From Epiperipatus broadwayi (taxonomy: Eukaryota > Animalia > Onychophora), in contig JAQFVV010000004.1 in NCBI GenBank assembly GCA_028023455.1, positions 16,926,001 to 16,990,000 on the forward strand: 64,000 bases of DNA. The letters are read 5' to 3'. The notes beneath the pieces were generated by a model, which saw only the letters and a list, made by a program, of their open reading frames with translations, searched no databases and was not told where the DNA came from. The position numbers and the translations under genes were made by a program. Below, one piece after another: positions 1 through 13,085 of the stretch. Within the stretch, counting starts at the first letter, position 1. Every line of letters begins with the position of its first letter.

Positions 1-2806
1 AGATTAAAGAAATAAAAACTATAATAATGAATCGTTTAATCACAAAATCCCATAGAGAAAATAATTCCAAGTTATCTGAGTTTATTTGCAATAAATGTAT
101 TTTGGAAACTAGATTGTGTTTTTTTTTTAAAGTACCATGTAAGAGTATAGTTGAATAGAATGGGATGGTTTTTTTTTAAGTTTATTGATATTTGAGAATT
201 AGTTATAAAATATCAGGCACTATTCTGTTATAATATGGGAAATTATTGATGACTAACACAAAATATGGCTGATTCTAGTAGTACTGATTGAGTCTTTTCT
301 TTTTATTAATTCATTGAACATCTTTTGATGGCAAATATCAATGTCTATTTTACGAAAAAATTCTGCCTTTCGCATATTTAATTTTGTGCCTATTTAGTTT
401 AGCTTTTTCTAATAGTTTCTGTAAATGTTTGTCCAATAAGATTGTCTTGGTTGCAAACTGAGAAAGTTTTTATTTACAAATAAATCAAGATGACATTTGA
501 CTGCCATATCATTTCAATTATTAATAAATTGCGTGCTCATTTTTAAAAAAGTAAGGCTTGCATGCAACTTCTTTATTGAGTGAAGGCAGAAATGCTTGAA
601 TATATAATTAGATAGATCATCCTATATATATATCGCAAATGAATTTAAAGAGAATAACTCTGGTTTTTAGTGATTATACACTACAATATTTCTAAACAGT
701 TATTAATTTATTACATTCACAACATTAATCAGATATTTATATCAATTCATTGATTAATCCACATCAAACTTAGATACTTCTATTTTTTTTTCTATTATAA
801 TCACAGAATGATAGAGCAAAAATAGTTTGGAAGTGTACATTTGAGAAGCCATTGATGTGAATGGTAACAGAATAGAGATATTTGGAAAAGTAATAGTACC
901 TATTAAAGTAACATCCAGAATAAGATTTGCACCCCTTTATATCATGAAGCATGATCTCACTTCTATTTTGGGAAGAAGCTGATTCAAACCATTTGGAAAT
1001 TTGGATTGACATAATTAAAAAACTACTGTTAGAGTCTGAGATCTGATATCCACAGTTATTTAAGTCAGGATCAGCAGATATGCAATCTCATATTTAGGGT
1101 TTTTGTGTGAGATAGAACTCAAGAGTTAAAATAGTAAAAATTTTATAAATATGGGAGGAATTCAAATCTATAGAATAGCTCTCTAAACAAAGAGATAGCA
1201 CTCAAAATCATGGTCCATCATAAATCTAAATAAAAGAAAGCTAGCCATAATCGCTAAAATCCTTTCATAATATTTGTCTTATTTTTTTTTTTTAAAATGA
1301 TGAGATGATAATCAGGTAATATAATCAGTATTTTATAAAGAGTTTAGCTATAAATGGTTGAAGATTGAAGATTATTTGGTTTATTCATCATAAAAAAAAA
1401 TGAATATTCTTGATTATAACTTGTACCATTACAAATGAAGCATGTATTTAAATTCATCTTTCATTATTCAGCATCACCCCTTTACTATTACAATATATGT
1501 ATATAGATTTATTGTAAAAATTCACTATTGATATTTACACAAATATATATATATATATTGAAACAGTCACGTTGTTTCATATAACCTGAAGTTACCCCCC
1601 CCCCATCCCATTTTAAAATGGTTTGATTTAAAAAAAAAAGAAAGCTGACACAATTATAAAAAAATGTGTAAATTTGAGTTCTCTAAAAAAAAAAAAAAAA
1701 AGAAAAGGAAAGAAAAATCAATATTTAAAATGTACAATTAGAAATTAAGTGACACATTTAATTAACGAATTTTTAATCATTAAAAATCTGTGGTTTCAAA
1801 TGTTACCAATATAATATTTTTTTTTTTGTTAGAGGTAAATGTTTACGAATTACAATATAGAAATGCTGTAATTAGTTCATTTAAAAAAGATAGCATCACT
1901 TTCTTACCTTAGGCAAAAGAAGTCAACATGTTTTTGAAAAACATGTTGGTCAGCGTGGGTGAGATAAAAAAGATGATAAAAAATTGTGGGAAGTTGGAGT
2001 ATGTAAATTGAGCAATTGTTCAAATCCAGGAGTTGCAGTTGATTGATTGTAACAGTTGTTTTGCAGTAAATAACAGTTGAGTATTAGTCAGTCTGCAGCA
2101 AAGAGTTTAAATAATCGAACCAATTAAGTTTGGAGCTACTGTGACCAGTAATTAAAGAAGTGCAGCAGTTAGTAGGAGAAACCCATGCTTACTGTAAAAC
2201 TGCAATATGAAGAAGCAAATTATCAACATGGAAAACACTAGAATGATTGGCTGGAAATAATAGCTCGGTCTCCTTTCCCACACTATGAAGAAGTCATAAA
2301 GTTGAAAAATAATGCCCAAATGACCACCACAGAAAATATATACCATTCAGTTCTAAGACAAATCACTTTTCAATGTGAAGATTTATCAGTGGTGAATCGC
2401 CAACAGATAAATTTAAAGGTAAGAAACCTCTAGATAACATTTGAAATATTTAAAGGTATTTATGAAAATGCTATAAAAAAAGTATTTTGGAAAAGATAAA
2501 ATGAAATGTTATTTAAATGATTAATTCAACAAAATGATAAAATTTTATATACTGAAATAATTTCTTATAGAATAATTGTTATTAAAATAAAATAAAAGTA
2601 AATTGAAATATGTTGACAGAAATGGTGAGATGCAATAATGAATTCAATTTTTTTTTTTTTAAAGTGATAAAACTTATAACATTGATCCGAAGTTTCAACT
2701 TGCTAAATGAAATGTAGAAATTATAACGTAAGAATTTAATTTAAAATAGATATACCCTAATTTATATAAATGCATTATGTTTAACCAAGAAAGAGCTACT
2801 ATTCTG

Positions 2807-2981
2807 TATACATGAATTGAATATGCATCTACATAAATGAATAATAGGTGTCTATATACATGAATTGAATATGCGTCTACATAAGGAATTAAATATGTAT
2901 CTATATATAACAATTGAATATGCATCTACATATAGGAATTAAATATGCATCTATATACATGAATTAAATATATGAATCTAT
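2807..2981. repeat. Minisatellite, about 7 imperfect copies of a ~25-27-nt unit (core GAATT(G/A)AATATGCATCTA(C/T)ATA)
   Basis: Repeated gaattgaatatgcatctacata / gaattaaatatgcatctatata units read directly from the sequence. Confidence 0.8.
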
Positions 2982-3586
2982 TTGAATATAATTATTGGCT
3001 ACTGAATGATTAGATAAAAAGGATTAATCCAAATATAAATCAAACTTTCCTAAAAGTATATTGCAATAGCGAATTAATAGACATGTCTACGAATATGCGC
3101 ATATGAGGAAAATATAAATTCACAGAAAGAGAATTTAAACTTGAGAAATGATAAGGGAAGTATCCATGATGTACACACGGATATCTAAATAAATCCCTGT
3201 GTGAATGTTGGCATAACAGGATTGTGGAATATAAATGATGGACACTATATGATCTTCAATGATGGGACCAAGCATCAGAGAAGTTACCAATGAAATGGAT
3301 TAACTGATTTATGGAACCAGAACTGCAATGAACTATTAGAAGGAGTGTTATCCAAATACTGTTATTTAAATAAATTGTGGTTATAAAAAAAATAATATAA
3401 TCTTATCAGTTTTATTTCATGTCATTCATTTTCTAGTGTACTTGTTCACAAGAATCTCATATTTCCTGAGCTATGTTTGGCATAACCTGATCTGGGTAAG
3501 GTTGTAGTAAGCCGGAACTCTAGTGATACTATTTGGGAAACCAAACAGATAAATTTCTAGATGTTTTCAGTCTCTTTAATGCTACA

Positions 3587-3616
3587 CCCTCTGATGAGCA
3601 GGAAATATTGTTAGGG
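3587..3616 (+). ncRNA. Degenerate minimal hammerhead-like motif
   Basis: CCCT-CTGATGA-GCAG-GAAA-TATTG-TT-AGGG. Both core boxes and a 4-bp stem I are present, but stem II is essentially absent and stem III is weak. Confidence 0.3.
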
Positions 3617-4217
3617 GGGGGGGGGGTAACATCAGCATTCGGTAACACCAATCATTCTTTCCTTCCTACAACATGATCATCAGGAAATAAATCAACAATC
3701 AGAGGGGATGGAAACCCCAGTCCGGTTACAATATATATATAATTAAACCATAACTGCATATTACTTATTGGTTATCGTATGTAAACCAAATCAGAGCCAA
3801 TGCTTAAAATAAACCAATAAGATTGCTGATATTTTATTGGTTTATTTTTAGCATTGGCTGTAGTAATGTGATATACATATATATTAATCTAAGATTTTCA
3901 TGAACTGAAAGATATTAATATTGAAGTAGAATAGAAATTATTCTGTTTTAATTGGTTGTTCCTTGGGTACATCTTTTATGTAAATTATTATATGGAAAAA
4001 TCTCTGTTATGTTTTAATATATAAATATATATTATTGATTTATAACATAAAGTTGAAGTGTTCTCTCTTTAGCTTTCTATGAAACGAAGATTCAATAGGT
4101 GTTATGTATTTACACTACCTCTGTAAAAATAACCAATAAATTTAATTAATGATTTTTATTTTATATTTGTACGTTTATTATAATACTTCAATTATAATTA
4201 TGTTATATATATTTCAG

Positions 4218-4321
4218 TGGAACATTTAACAAGTTTATTCTTAGGAAAGAAATCAGTGATTCCAAAACTTTGTGATGGATTGGATCTAAATCAACTTGAA
4301 ATTTTGCGATTAATTAGAAAG
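4218..4321 (+). CDS. TBC1D32: TBC1D32/Broad-minded homologue, coding exon (first found in window)
   Basis: tttcag|TG...AAG|gtaatt, phase 1 to 0. Encodes EHLTSLFLGKKSVIPKLCDGLDLNQLEILRLIRK, similar to the recalled vertebrate segment [33 protein letters not shown]. Confidence 0.8.
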
Positions 4322-7074
4322 GTAATTGGGGGGGGGGGGAGCTATTGTTATACTGACATTTATAATATTTGCATATTATCAGCTATTAATTGGCATAACG
4401 TTTTGTTTAAATAGAAAAGCAGTTTTTATTAGTGTTCAGAATCATAGAGAGCATTTTTGGAACATTAGGCAAGCCAAATATTTGGCACTATTCTCTCCCT
4501 TCATCACTACACAGTCAGTAGCTGATTGGCACACAACAAATGGAAGAATTTTACTCAGTGAATAAATTTTTAATTAAATTTAAAATAGTTGAAATAAGTT
4601 TATATTATCATAATAGAACAATATTGTGACCTGATTCTATCATTTCACTTCATAGTGATGCACCAGGTATTTGATTATCTTTCTACCCTATCATTACAGT
4701 TCACAGTAATGCATGTATTTCTAATGAGTTTAATAAGGAAGATTACTAAATCGATGAGGTTAGGTATACATTTTATTATTACATAGATTAAGAAAGAGGG
4801 ATTTCTTAGTCTGAATTTTCTATTCATTAATAAAGATTGTCAGTTTCTAATTAGATGAGTTGTGCTGCATATGCTTTCAGTGATCATATAATCTCATAGA
4901 TTGATAGCACAATAAAGACTAAGTACTAAGTTTGTAATTGAAATTTTAACTGTTTCTTTTTGTTTTTTCTTTGAAAAAAATAAAAACAAACATACTAATC
5001 TAAACCAAATGAATGATCTTTTTTTAGAAGTGCATTTCAAAAGAACTGATTAAAGAAAATATTTTGGTTATGTCAAATTCTTTATTTCAGTTTTCCAAAA
5101 AGAAAAAGGTCAATGATTCATTAAATAAGATGCTTTTTTTTTTTATAACTTTGACATAATTTATTGTTCAAGATGTTCTTCCTAAAATTTAGACATAACT
5201 TTTAGGAAAATATTGTAAAGATATATTTTAATGTAATATAGCGAACTAAGATAGAATTACTATTTGTCTATGAATCTGATGATAGAATGAATTGAAAGTT
5301 AAAACATAAATTAAGATTTGATATTTTTTGGTGACTCCACAATGTTGGTATTTAAGATTATTCTGAAAATTCCACTAACCTAATTATTTATATTAGGAGA
5401 ACAATATTTAATGGCTATTTGCATTAAATTTGTAGGTTGAATAAAAAAAACTACAATGTATAGGAAAATATTGATGAAATTAGGAAACAATTGTAGATGT
5501 AAGAGGAATGGACCTCACTGAAATGATTTTTGAAGCATCGTTATGAATGTTTTGATTACTTTCTAAATGTTGAATACTGTAGTCAGGCTATTGACAGGAT
5601 CCACCAATGGTAGGTAGTCGAATAATCTTCAGATATGAAAATTAACTATGCAAAACCAATAATTTATTACATTATAGGATAAGGTCTTAGTTCGTCAAAA
5701 GTTAAGTATTGTTCTGAAACAAACAGTCAATTATATTTTCTCTCTGCATAATTTTTATCTTCAGTTAAATTAATATAGAATTTAAATGTCATGTCTTATT
5801 ATATTAGTTATCTCTCTGTACTCTAATATTGCGACTGTGTGTTTTTGCAATTGTTTCCATACTTTAACTGTGCACACAGAAATTCTTCTTTCAGTTTTTT
5901 TTTATTTTTTTTATTGTGCACTAATTCCTTAGTGCTAAGAAGTCAAAATTACAGGGATAGAGTGGAAGTTTTTGTTATGATTTTTGCATATGATAATATA
6001 ATCAATAATGTGTCATTTTGTAACTAGATTTGGCACAGGAGTTTTAATTCGGAAAAGATTGCATGTTTAGAAATGAAAGTGGCCTTTCATATTCTCACTA
6101 GGTTTCCATGAACTAAAACCACTACAATTTATTGTAAAATCAGTAATATTAATTATGGTAATTTATTTTTTAAATATTTGTCCATATATGATATGAATTT
6201 TTCTTGTTATGAATTCTTCATGATTTTAACAGAAGATAGTTTTTGTAGCTAATGATCTATCAAGATTTAAAATTGATATGACTTCTCTTAGTGAAACTTA
6301 TCTTTCAGAGGTAGGAAGATTAATTCAATAGATAGTTACAAATTTTTTGAAAGAAATGATCATTGTATGAAAAGACTATTAATTTGGTATTTTCTATTCT
6401 TAGAATTCCTAGATTTATTATTGAATGACTGATGATATCTGTGCTCATTTTATCAGTTCTTTTACTCCAACATTAGATTTAGAAAGTTAAAAAAAAAGAA
6501 AGTTTTGTACTTCTTATTGGATAGTAGTGTTATTATATCAATACATGACTGATATATATATATTTTGGAGACTTTAATGCATGTGTTTTAGGAGGAATAG
6601 TAAACTTTGTCCAAAAATTTTTTTGTTATTATTATCAGCTCATGAACTTCAGATGTATATGTACTCAAAAGAATGACATTTATTGAGTTAACTTATACTT
6701 AGAAGTCAGAATTCAAAATAAGTTCATATTCCACAAGCACTAGTAAGTACATATTGTTAGACAGATCATAGTTTAAGGCAATCCATAATTAAAGTAATAG
6801 TTACATTAAAAAGCAGGTCCTATTCCATTCATAATCATATATTTGATATTTGTTTTTTAAAATACCTATTATCAGTACTAAATTTCAATAACTATTAGAC
6901 ATTAAAATTGCAATTTGTATTTTCAAGATTGCCATGTTACCAAGGCATGGAATTCTTTATGGATTCCAAAAGATTTTATTTTTGAATTCATTAAAATTAA
7001 GAATCCTGATTGTTTTTTTAACAAGATTTTATTAAATAAATAAATAAGTGGATAGTTGGAAATGGTATCATATG

Positions 7075-10000
7075 TACATAATAATGAGCCAGTACTTTTA
7101 TCCTTACCATTCCAGAGTGTTCTTTATGCAGTAAATCAATCACCTGTATATGTCTTCTATAAGTATCAATACTCTGTCAATATTTAAAATGCACCCATTA
7201 TACATTGACAGATTATAACATGCATTCCAAATTGCAACAGCTGTAAAACTTGGACGTTTTTCTGACCATCCTTCTCAAATCCATTTAATCAGTTTCCTAT
7301 ATTCAGGATCATTAGAAGTCCACTTCATGACATTTTTCACTATTTAAATTCTCCAAGCTGTTTACTACATCTAGAAATTTGCTTCCATGAATTCCTGTTT
7401 AAAATCATCTCTAACAAGCAAACATGCCAATGCATCAGCATGCACAATCTCCTTTTCTGGTTATAGATCAGTTCATAGTCATAAGCTGCTAATACATTTA
7501 TCCATTGTATAAGCCTTTGGCTTGCATAATCAGGTGTCTTTATTTTTCCTGAAAATTTCCAGCAATGGACGATGGTCAGTATAGATTATAAATTTCCTAT
7601 CGTAAACATACTGGTGAAACTTCTTTATTGCGAATATTATTGCCTAAGCTTCCTCATCCAACTGTCTGTAGTTTTTCTCAGTTGACATTAATGTTATAGA
7701 GGTATAGGCAGTTGGGTGCTTTCTATCAAGACAACAGTGTGTGATAACAGCCCCAACTCTATATTCAGAAGAATTAGTAGTGAAAGTAATTTCCAGATCA
7801 CTATGATAATGTACTAAAAGTTGATCTGTTATCAATAACTCTTTTGCTATTTTAAAACTGTTACATGCTTTTTGTTCCACTTTCAATGTTGGCCCTTTCG
7901 CAATAAATCATGCAATGGTCTTAAATTATGTGATTTCTCTCTAAGAAAGCTTTTGTAGAAGTTAAGCAGTCCAAAAGACTTGATAGTCTTCTACATTCCT
8001 GGGAGTAACCACTTCTTTCACTACTCTTTTAGTGATTTGAGAGGTTTCCCAAATACATTTGGCAGCATTCAATCTTGCACCTACATTATTTAACTTAGAG
8101 CATATCTCTATAATACATTTTTTTAGTTCTTCTTCAGACTGGGCTTAATCAAAAATATCCACGTATGGAATAAATTTGTCAATGTTCTGCAGTAGCATAT
8201 CCATTTTTATTTGGTATTCGGAGCCATCGTGATTTCATAAGATAATTTGTTGCACCTGAACAGTCCAGCATGAGTACTCAGTGTCAACATCTCAGTGATA
8301 CTTTCAATAATTGGGATTTGATGAAACACTGATTTTAAATCAACTTTTGCAAAGACCGAGGCTCTCTATAATGATTCCAGCACATGGTAGACTACATTGA
8401 ATCTTCGGCTGGTATCAGCACTTTTTTCTTCATTGTTCTATTATTCCTTCCACCTTCAGCTTAAGTGCATAGGCGACATTGCATGGTTTAAACACCATTG
8501 GCTATGCTTCTTTTGACAGTTCAATATTAACAGGACACACTCATAACTTTGCTATTTCCTGATTAAATAACAGGAAGTTTATTTCTAACTTCTGTTTCCA
8601 ATTTTACTTTATTGATTATTTTTAAAACATATTCTCAATGATTTGAATCAATTTTGTTCAATAGAGGAATCATATTTCTTTCAACAAACAACAGCAGTAA
8701 TCTTTTCATTCTATTATTTACAGCCAATGGAACACAAACTTTTCCATAGATGTGTACTTTATTACTATTCACATCTGTGGCACACTATTTTGTCTTCTTC
8801 AATTTTAACTTCTCCTTAGATTCAGATATAATTCTGTTCCACGCTTTTAATGACATAATGGATAATCCAGCTCCATTGTCAATTTCTATCATGACTTTAA
8901 ATTCACAAATAGCAACATCTAATATAATTTGACCATTGATTGAGTTTTTTAATATTTTTAACTCCACCCTATTACATTCACCTCTTGTCCTCAATTTAAA
9001 GTCTGGGCATGGCTTATTTTTTACATTTTGATTTTATTTACACAGCTGAGCTAAGTGATCTTTAATACAGCATATTTTGCATTTTAAAATCGATATAACT
9101 TCTTGTGACCAATTCTGCCATGACAATAACATGTGGTCCTATTACTTGCAGAGTTTTTAGGTAACTTTTCCGTTACAGCTGTTGGATTTCTTTTCCCTAA
9201 GTCTGTTTTAAACTTTGAAGTCTTTTTCAACATGACATCATGCACTATATTTTCCAATGGCTGTTTTAAATGTTAAATCAGCTTTGTTAAACAATATTTT
9301 TCGAAGATTATGGTTCCACATACCATAGGTAAATTGATCTAGGAATATATCTTCAAGGTCTGATATGAATTCACAATATTTTGCTAAAGTTCTTAAAACT
9401 AGATTATAATCCTGACAGCTTTCTTGAGATAGTTGCTTCTGCATTCAGAATTGTAAATGTGCCACTCTCTTTGTTACTGCTGGTTGAAAATATGTTTTAA
9501 ATTTTCTAGCAGTTCACTACATCATTTGAAAATCTAGAGTTGCACAATTGTTTTGCTATTAATAATACATCCATTCCAGAAAAAACAGCAATGTGAAAAC
9601 TTTAGCCCTATCATCATCTATCTTTGACAGTTTCATATAGCGATCTATATGTTCCGCATAAATGTTCCATAATAAAGGATTACAAATATCAAACTCTTTT
9701 AAACTTTGATTGGGTAATGCCATCTTTTTCTTTGATCAAATTATCTCGCACCTTCAAGCCAATAATTACACCGTCTGCTGTCGACTGCCACAACTGCTAT
9801 ATTCATAGAGGATCTCTACCCACCTGTGGCAGCATAACATTAAAATAAAATAAACAGCTGTTATATTTCAACAAATTTATTCTTAAGCTTAATTGCTAAT
9901 AATAATATATATGTATATATAAAATAATAATATTAACAAAAATAACTATTTGTACCTGTAATGATTTGGGAATATCTACAACCAGAGTGAGTCTACATTT

Positions 10001-10261
10001 CTTAACTTGCACTATTATTTACAATTTGTTAATAATTTGGGCTTGGTTACCATTATCACTTCTAAATTATCACATCTTCGTTTAGTCCATTTAGAATGTA
10101 TTTCTAAATATACTTTTCTCCCCTTTATGAAAAGAAGTAATTTATTAACAACAGCACTTTGTTCTTCTCACAGCCACTCTTGCACCATCTCTTGTAAAAC
10201 TTGGAAGGAGAGTTTTTTTTTATATTTACAATAATATTTCTGCCGGCCAATGCACATTACA
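7075..10261 (-). mobile_element. Degenerate 3'-truncated Ty3/gypsy (Mag/K02A2.6-like) LTR retrotransposon
   Basis: Minus-strand fragments in order: gag (ATG at 9723, MALPNQSLKEFD...W..YAEHIDRY), protease (IEIDNGAGLSIMS), RT, RNase H (TAYTSITLMSTEKNYRQLDEEA) and integrase zinc-finger start (LLHKEHSGMVRIKVLAHYYV), ending near 7075. Many stops and frameshifts. The 5' LTR (TG at 10261, AATAAA near 9880) is tentative. Confidence 0.85.
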
Positions 10262-11294
10262 ATATATCATATAAACAGACTAATTGTTTAATATCTGATA
10301 TATGAGGTCATATTAATGTTTCACGAATTGATTTGTATAGTCATTGTAAATTAATCTTTAATCTTTTATATATTTTTTCTTTCTATGTATTTTTTTTTTT
10401 TAGAGTTAGAATGGCCATATCTATTTATGATTATGATCTATTTTTTTAAATAGCATAGAAAAATATTTTAATGCTACTTAACTTTAACTACTTTAGATAT
10501 TTAATATGATTAAATTATTATGGATTTTTTTGCTGAATATTAATAAAATATGTGGATCATTGTGTTATTGCAGTAGTCAGATATTGTTCATGAATACTGT
10601 TTTAGGCTAGATCTCTTTAACTTAGAATATCTGGCTTGTGATTTATCATTTGTTGATTGTGGATGCATTCAATGTTTCATTTTGATTCATTTTTTATCAT
10701 TTTATTTTTTGTTATTTCAAAAAATGTTTTGTAACATTAGTAATGGTCATAGAATATGATTGAAACATTAAGTAAATATAAACTTATATAATTCATTATA
10801 AAATAAAAATGAGTTTCAAAAAGAAAAACTACATGGAAGAGAAATTTTTATATATTATTTATTATAGAATCATATTTGTAAAGAAAAGACTGAAAGACAA
10901 TTTTTATTGATTAATTAATGAAAATTATATAATTTTAATAATTAAACTTGTATAATATATCCTCAATTAAGAAAATGATAGGATTTTGATACAAGTTTAT
11001 TTCTATGATATATATATATATATATCAAAGTTAATTATCTAATTTAAAACACATATTTTATTGAATAGACATTCAATACAGTATTAGTCTAATTTAAGAG
11101 AAAGAAATTAAGCATTTGCGTAATTGGATAGATTTAATTCTTAAATGCTATATAAGTTATTGAGTTGTTTCACTGTATTTTTTTGTCTTTCACCTATTTA
11201 TTTATATATACATAATTTCTTTTAGAATAAATTATTAAATTTTGGCTGTTTTTACAGTTGCAGTTAATAATTTTTTTTTCTTTTTTTTTTGAAG

Positions 11295-11356
11295 TTTCGT
11301 TTAATAAATCAATTTTATCAAACAATTCCTCAGTTATGGATACGTTATACGGATAG
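11295..11356 (+). CDS. TBC1D32: TBC1D32 homologue coding exon
   Basis: (t)n gaag|TTT...AG|gtaatt, phase 0 to 2. FRLINQFYQTIPQLWIRYTD vs recalled [20 protein letters not shown]. Confidence 0.85.
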
Positions 11357-12437
11357 GTAATTTAATTTTATTAATATTTGATTTATTTCATTTGTTTTTG
11401 GTTTTTTACTGTAATTTAATTTTATTAACATCCTCTTTTAATTATTTATTATTATTTTGATAATGAAATAAGTACTGACATGTCTAATAGAACAACGTAA
11501 ACTTTCTATAAATGAACCTTATATTCAATTGATAATTGCAAGATTACAATGATGATGATGATATCACAATTTAAAAAATGTCTTTTTACATCTGTTGAAT
11601 TTTTTTTAAAATTCATATTACTAAAGTTGTATTATTTTTGTTCTTTTTATTCATATTGGATAGGAGAGGAGGGGCGGGGTAATAATTTCATGACAGACAT
11701 TATTAATTTTTTTATTTTATTGTTGTCCTAAGAGATATGTTGCTATTTTTAAATTCATTTATTTAGTTTTTCAATTTAATTTATCCTTTTTTAAATAATG
11801 ATCTCTAGTTTATTCAGTTTATAAACATACATAGAATGTTTTACATCTGGTATTTATTTGTTTGAATGATACATGTGTATATGAATTTTTTATCTGAATA
11901 TAAAAAGTTTGCAAGAATAGGTACATCTCTTATTTGAATGATGATAAAAACCAAAGAAAATAAGTGTCTTATTAAAAATGAAAAGAAAAATTATTAAAGT
12001 AATATAGATCTTTATGACATCATATTTATCAAAACTTCTAATCTTTTTTTTTTTTGTATTGTTTTATCAATTTTTTAAAAAGAAAAAAACTGTACAGATT
12101 GATTTCTATGCATTTGAATACAATACTTTTTATAATTTTTTATTTAATTTCATGAAGACAGTGGATCAATCAAAATGTTTAGGGGAAATAAAAGATTATA
12201 AAACACGTTGAATTCATGTGGTAGTAGTCTTGTTACTCAAAATTATCTAACTACAGTTTATACTGGCATTTAAGATGTAGAGAACAGTTTTAGTACACTA
12301 TGAGGATTAGCCTCTAATATATCATGAAGAAATAAAGAATTTGTAATTTTATTAGAAATTATAAAACTATAAATACAATTTATCCTAATCATTTTCTGCA
12401 GTCTTTTTCAGAGCCAGTTTATTTTAATCTCTTAAAT

Positions 12438-12480
12438 ACTGACTCTGAAGAAGACTGCAGGACAGTTGAAACTTAGCTGT
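12438..12480 (+). ncRNA. Degenerate hammerhead motif in a short Penelope-like terminal fragment
   Basis: CTGAAGA-A-GACTG-CAGGA-CAGTT-GAAAC: good stem II, but stem III and the cleavage triplet have decayed. An inverted copy lies at 12396-12418 (21/23 match). Confidence 0.4.
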
Positions 12481-12952
12481 ATGTATATATTTTACAAATA
12501 AAGAGTTTTGCTAAAAAGTGTTCGAAGTGGTTTGGATAAAGAAAAGTATGATTTTGGTAGTTATAAAACTATTGTTAAAATATCAGTGTAAGCATCTAGA
12601 AGCCTTTTAAATGCCACCAAAGTTTTTCATTAGTGTTTAATTATAATAATTACAGATTTTACAATTTATTGAAGAATATTCTCATTGTTTCATAATTTAA
12701 TCACTGTATCAAATCTGAAAAGATCACAAAGATTTTTGAAGCTAAGTTAAATATTGTTTAAATGAATGTTTGAATTCCTGAATTCATAACTGCTTTAAAT
12801 AATCATTATTCTTAAATATATTCTTTGTATAAACAATCTTCTGCTTAAACATGTTCACAGAATGTTTGTTAATTTTTTTTTAGCGTTATTTTATCTTTTA
12901 AATTTGTTTTTTTTTTTAAGAATATAAGTAAACATTCTGTGTTTCATTTTAG

Positions 12953-13085
12953 ATATATACAGGCTATTGTAGACTGTACTTTATCTTTTCTATCAATTTC
13001 ATCATATCTTCCTTCTGGATCAATAACTCCATTTCATTGCCTCTCACTTGTTGATCCTAAAGCTGTATGGATTAAGCAATGGATG
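12953..13085 (+). CDS. TBC1D32: TBC1D32 homologue coding exon
   Basis: cattttag|A...ATG|gtaaga, phase 2 to 0. YIQAIVDCTLSFL...FHCLSLVDPKAVWIKQWM vs recalled YMEEIVESTLSLL...YFFALVDTKAVWFKKWM. Confidence 0.9.

Noticed and set aside
2254-2418. Open segment NDWLEIIARSPFPHYEEV...QINLK ending at a GTAAGA donor
   Set aside because: Poor acceptor, phase 0 end incompatible with the phase 1 exon at 4218, and no convincing similarity.
4326-4565. ORF-track 79-aa ORF after the first exon
   Set aside because: Starts in the intron G-run; no homology or splice-phase support.
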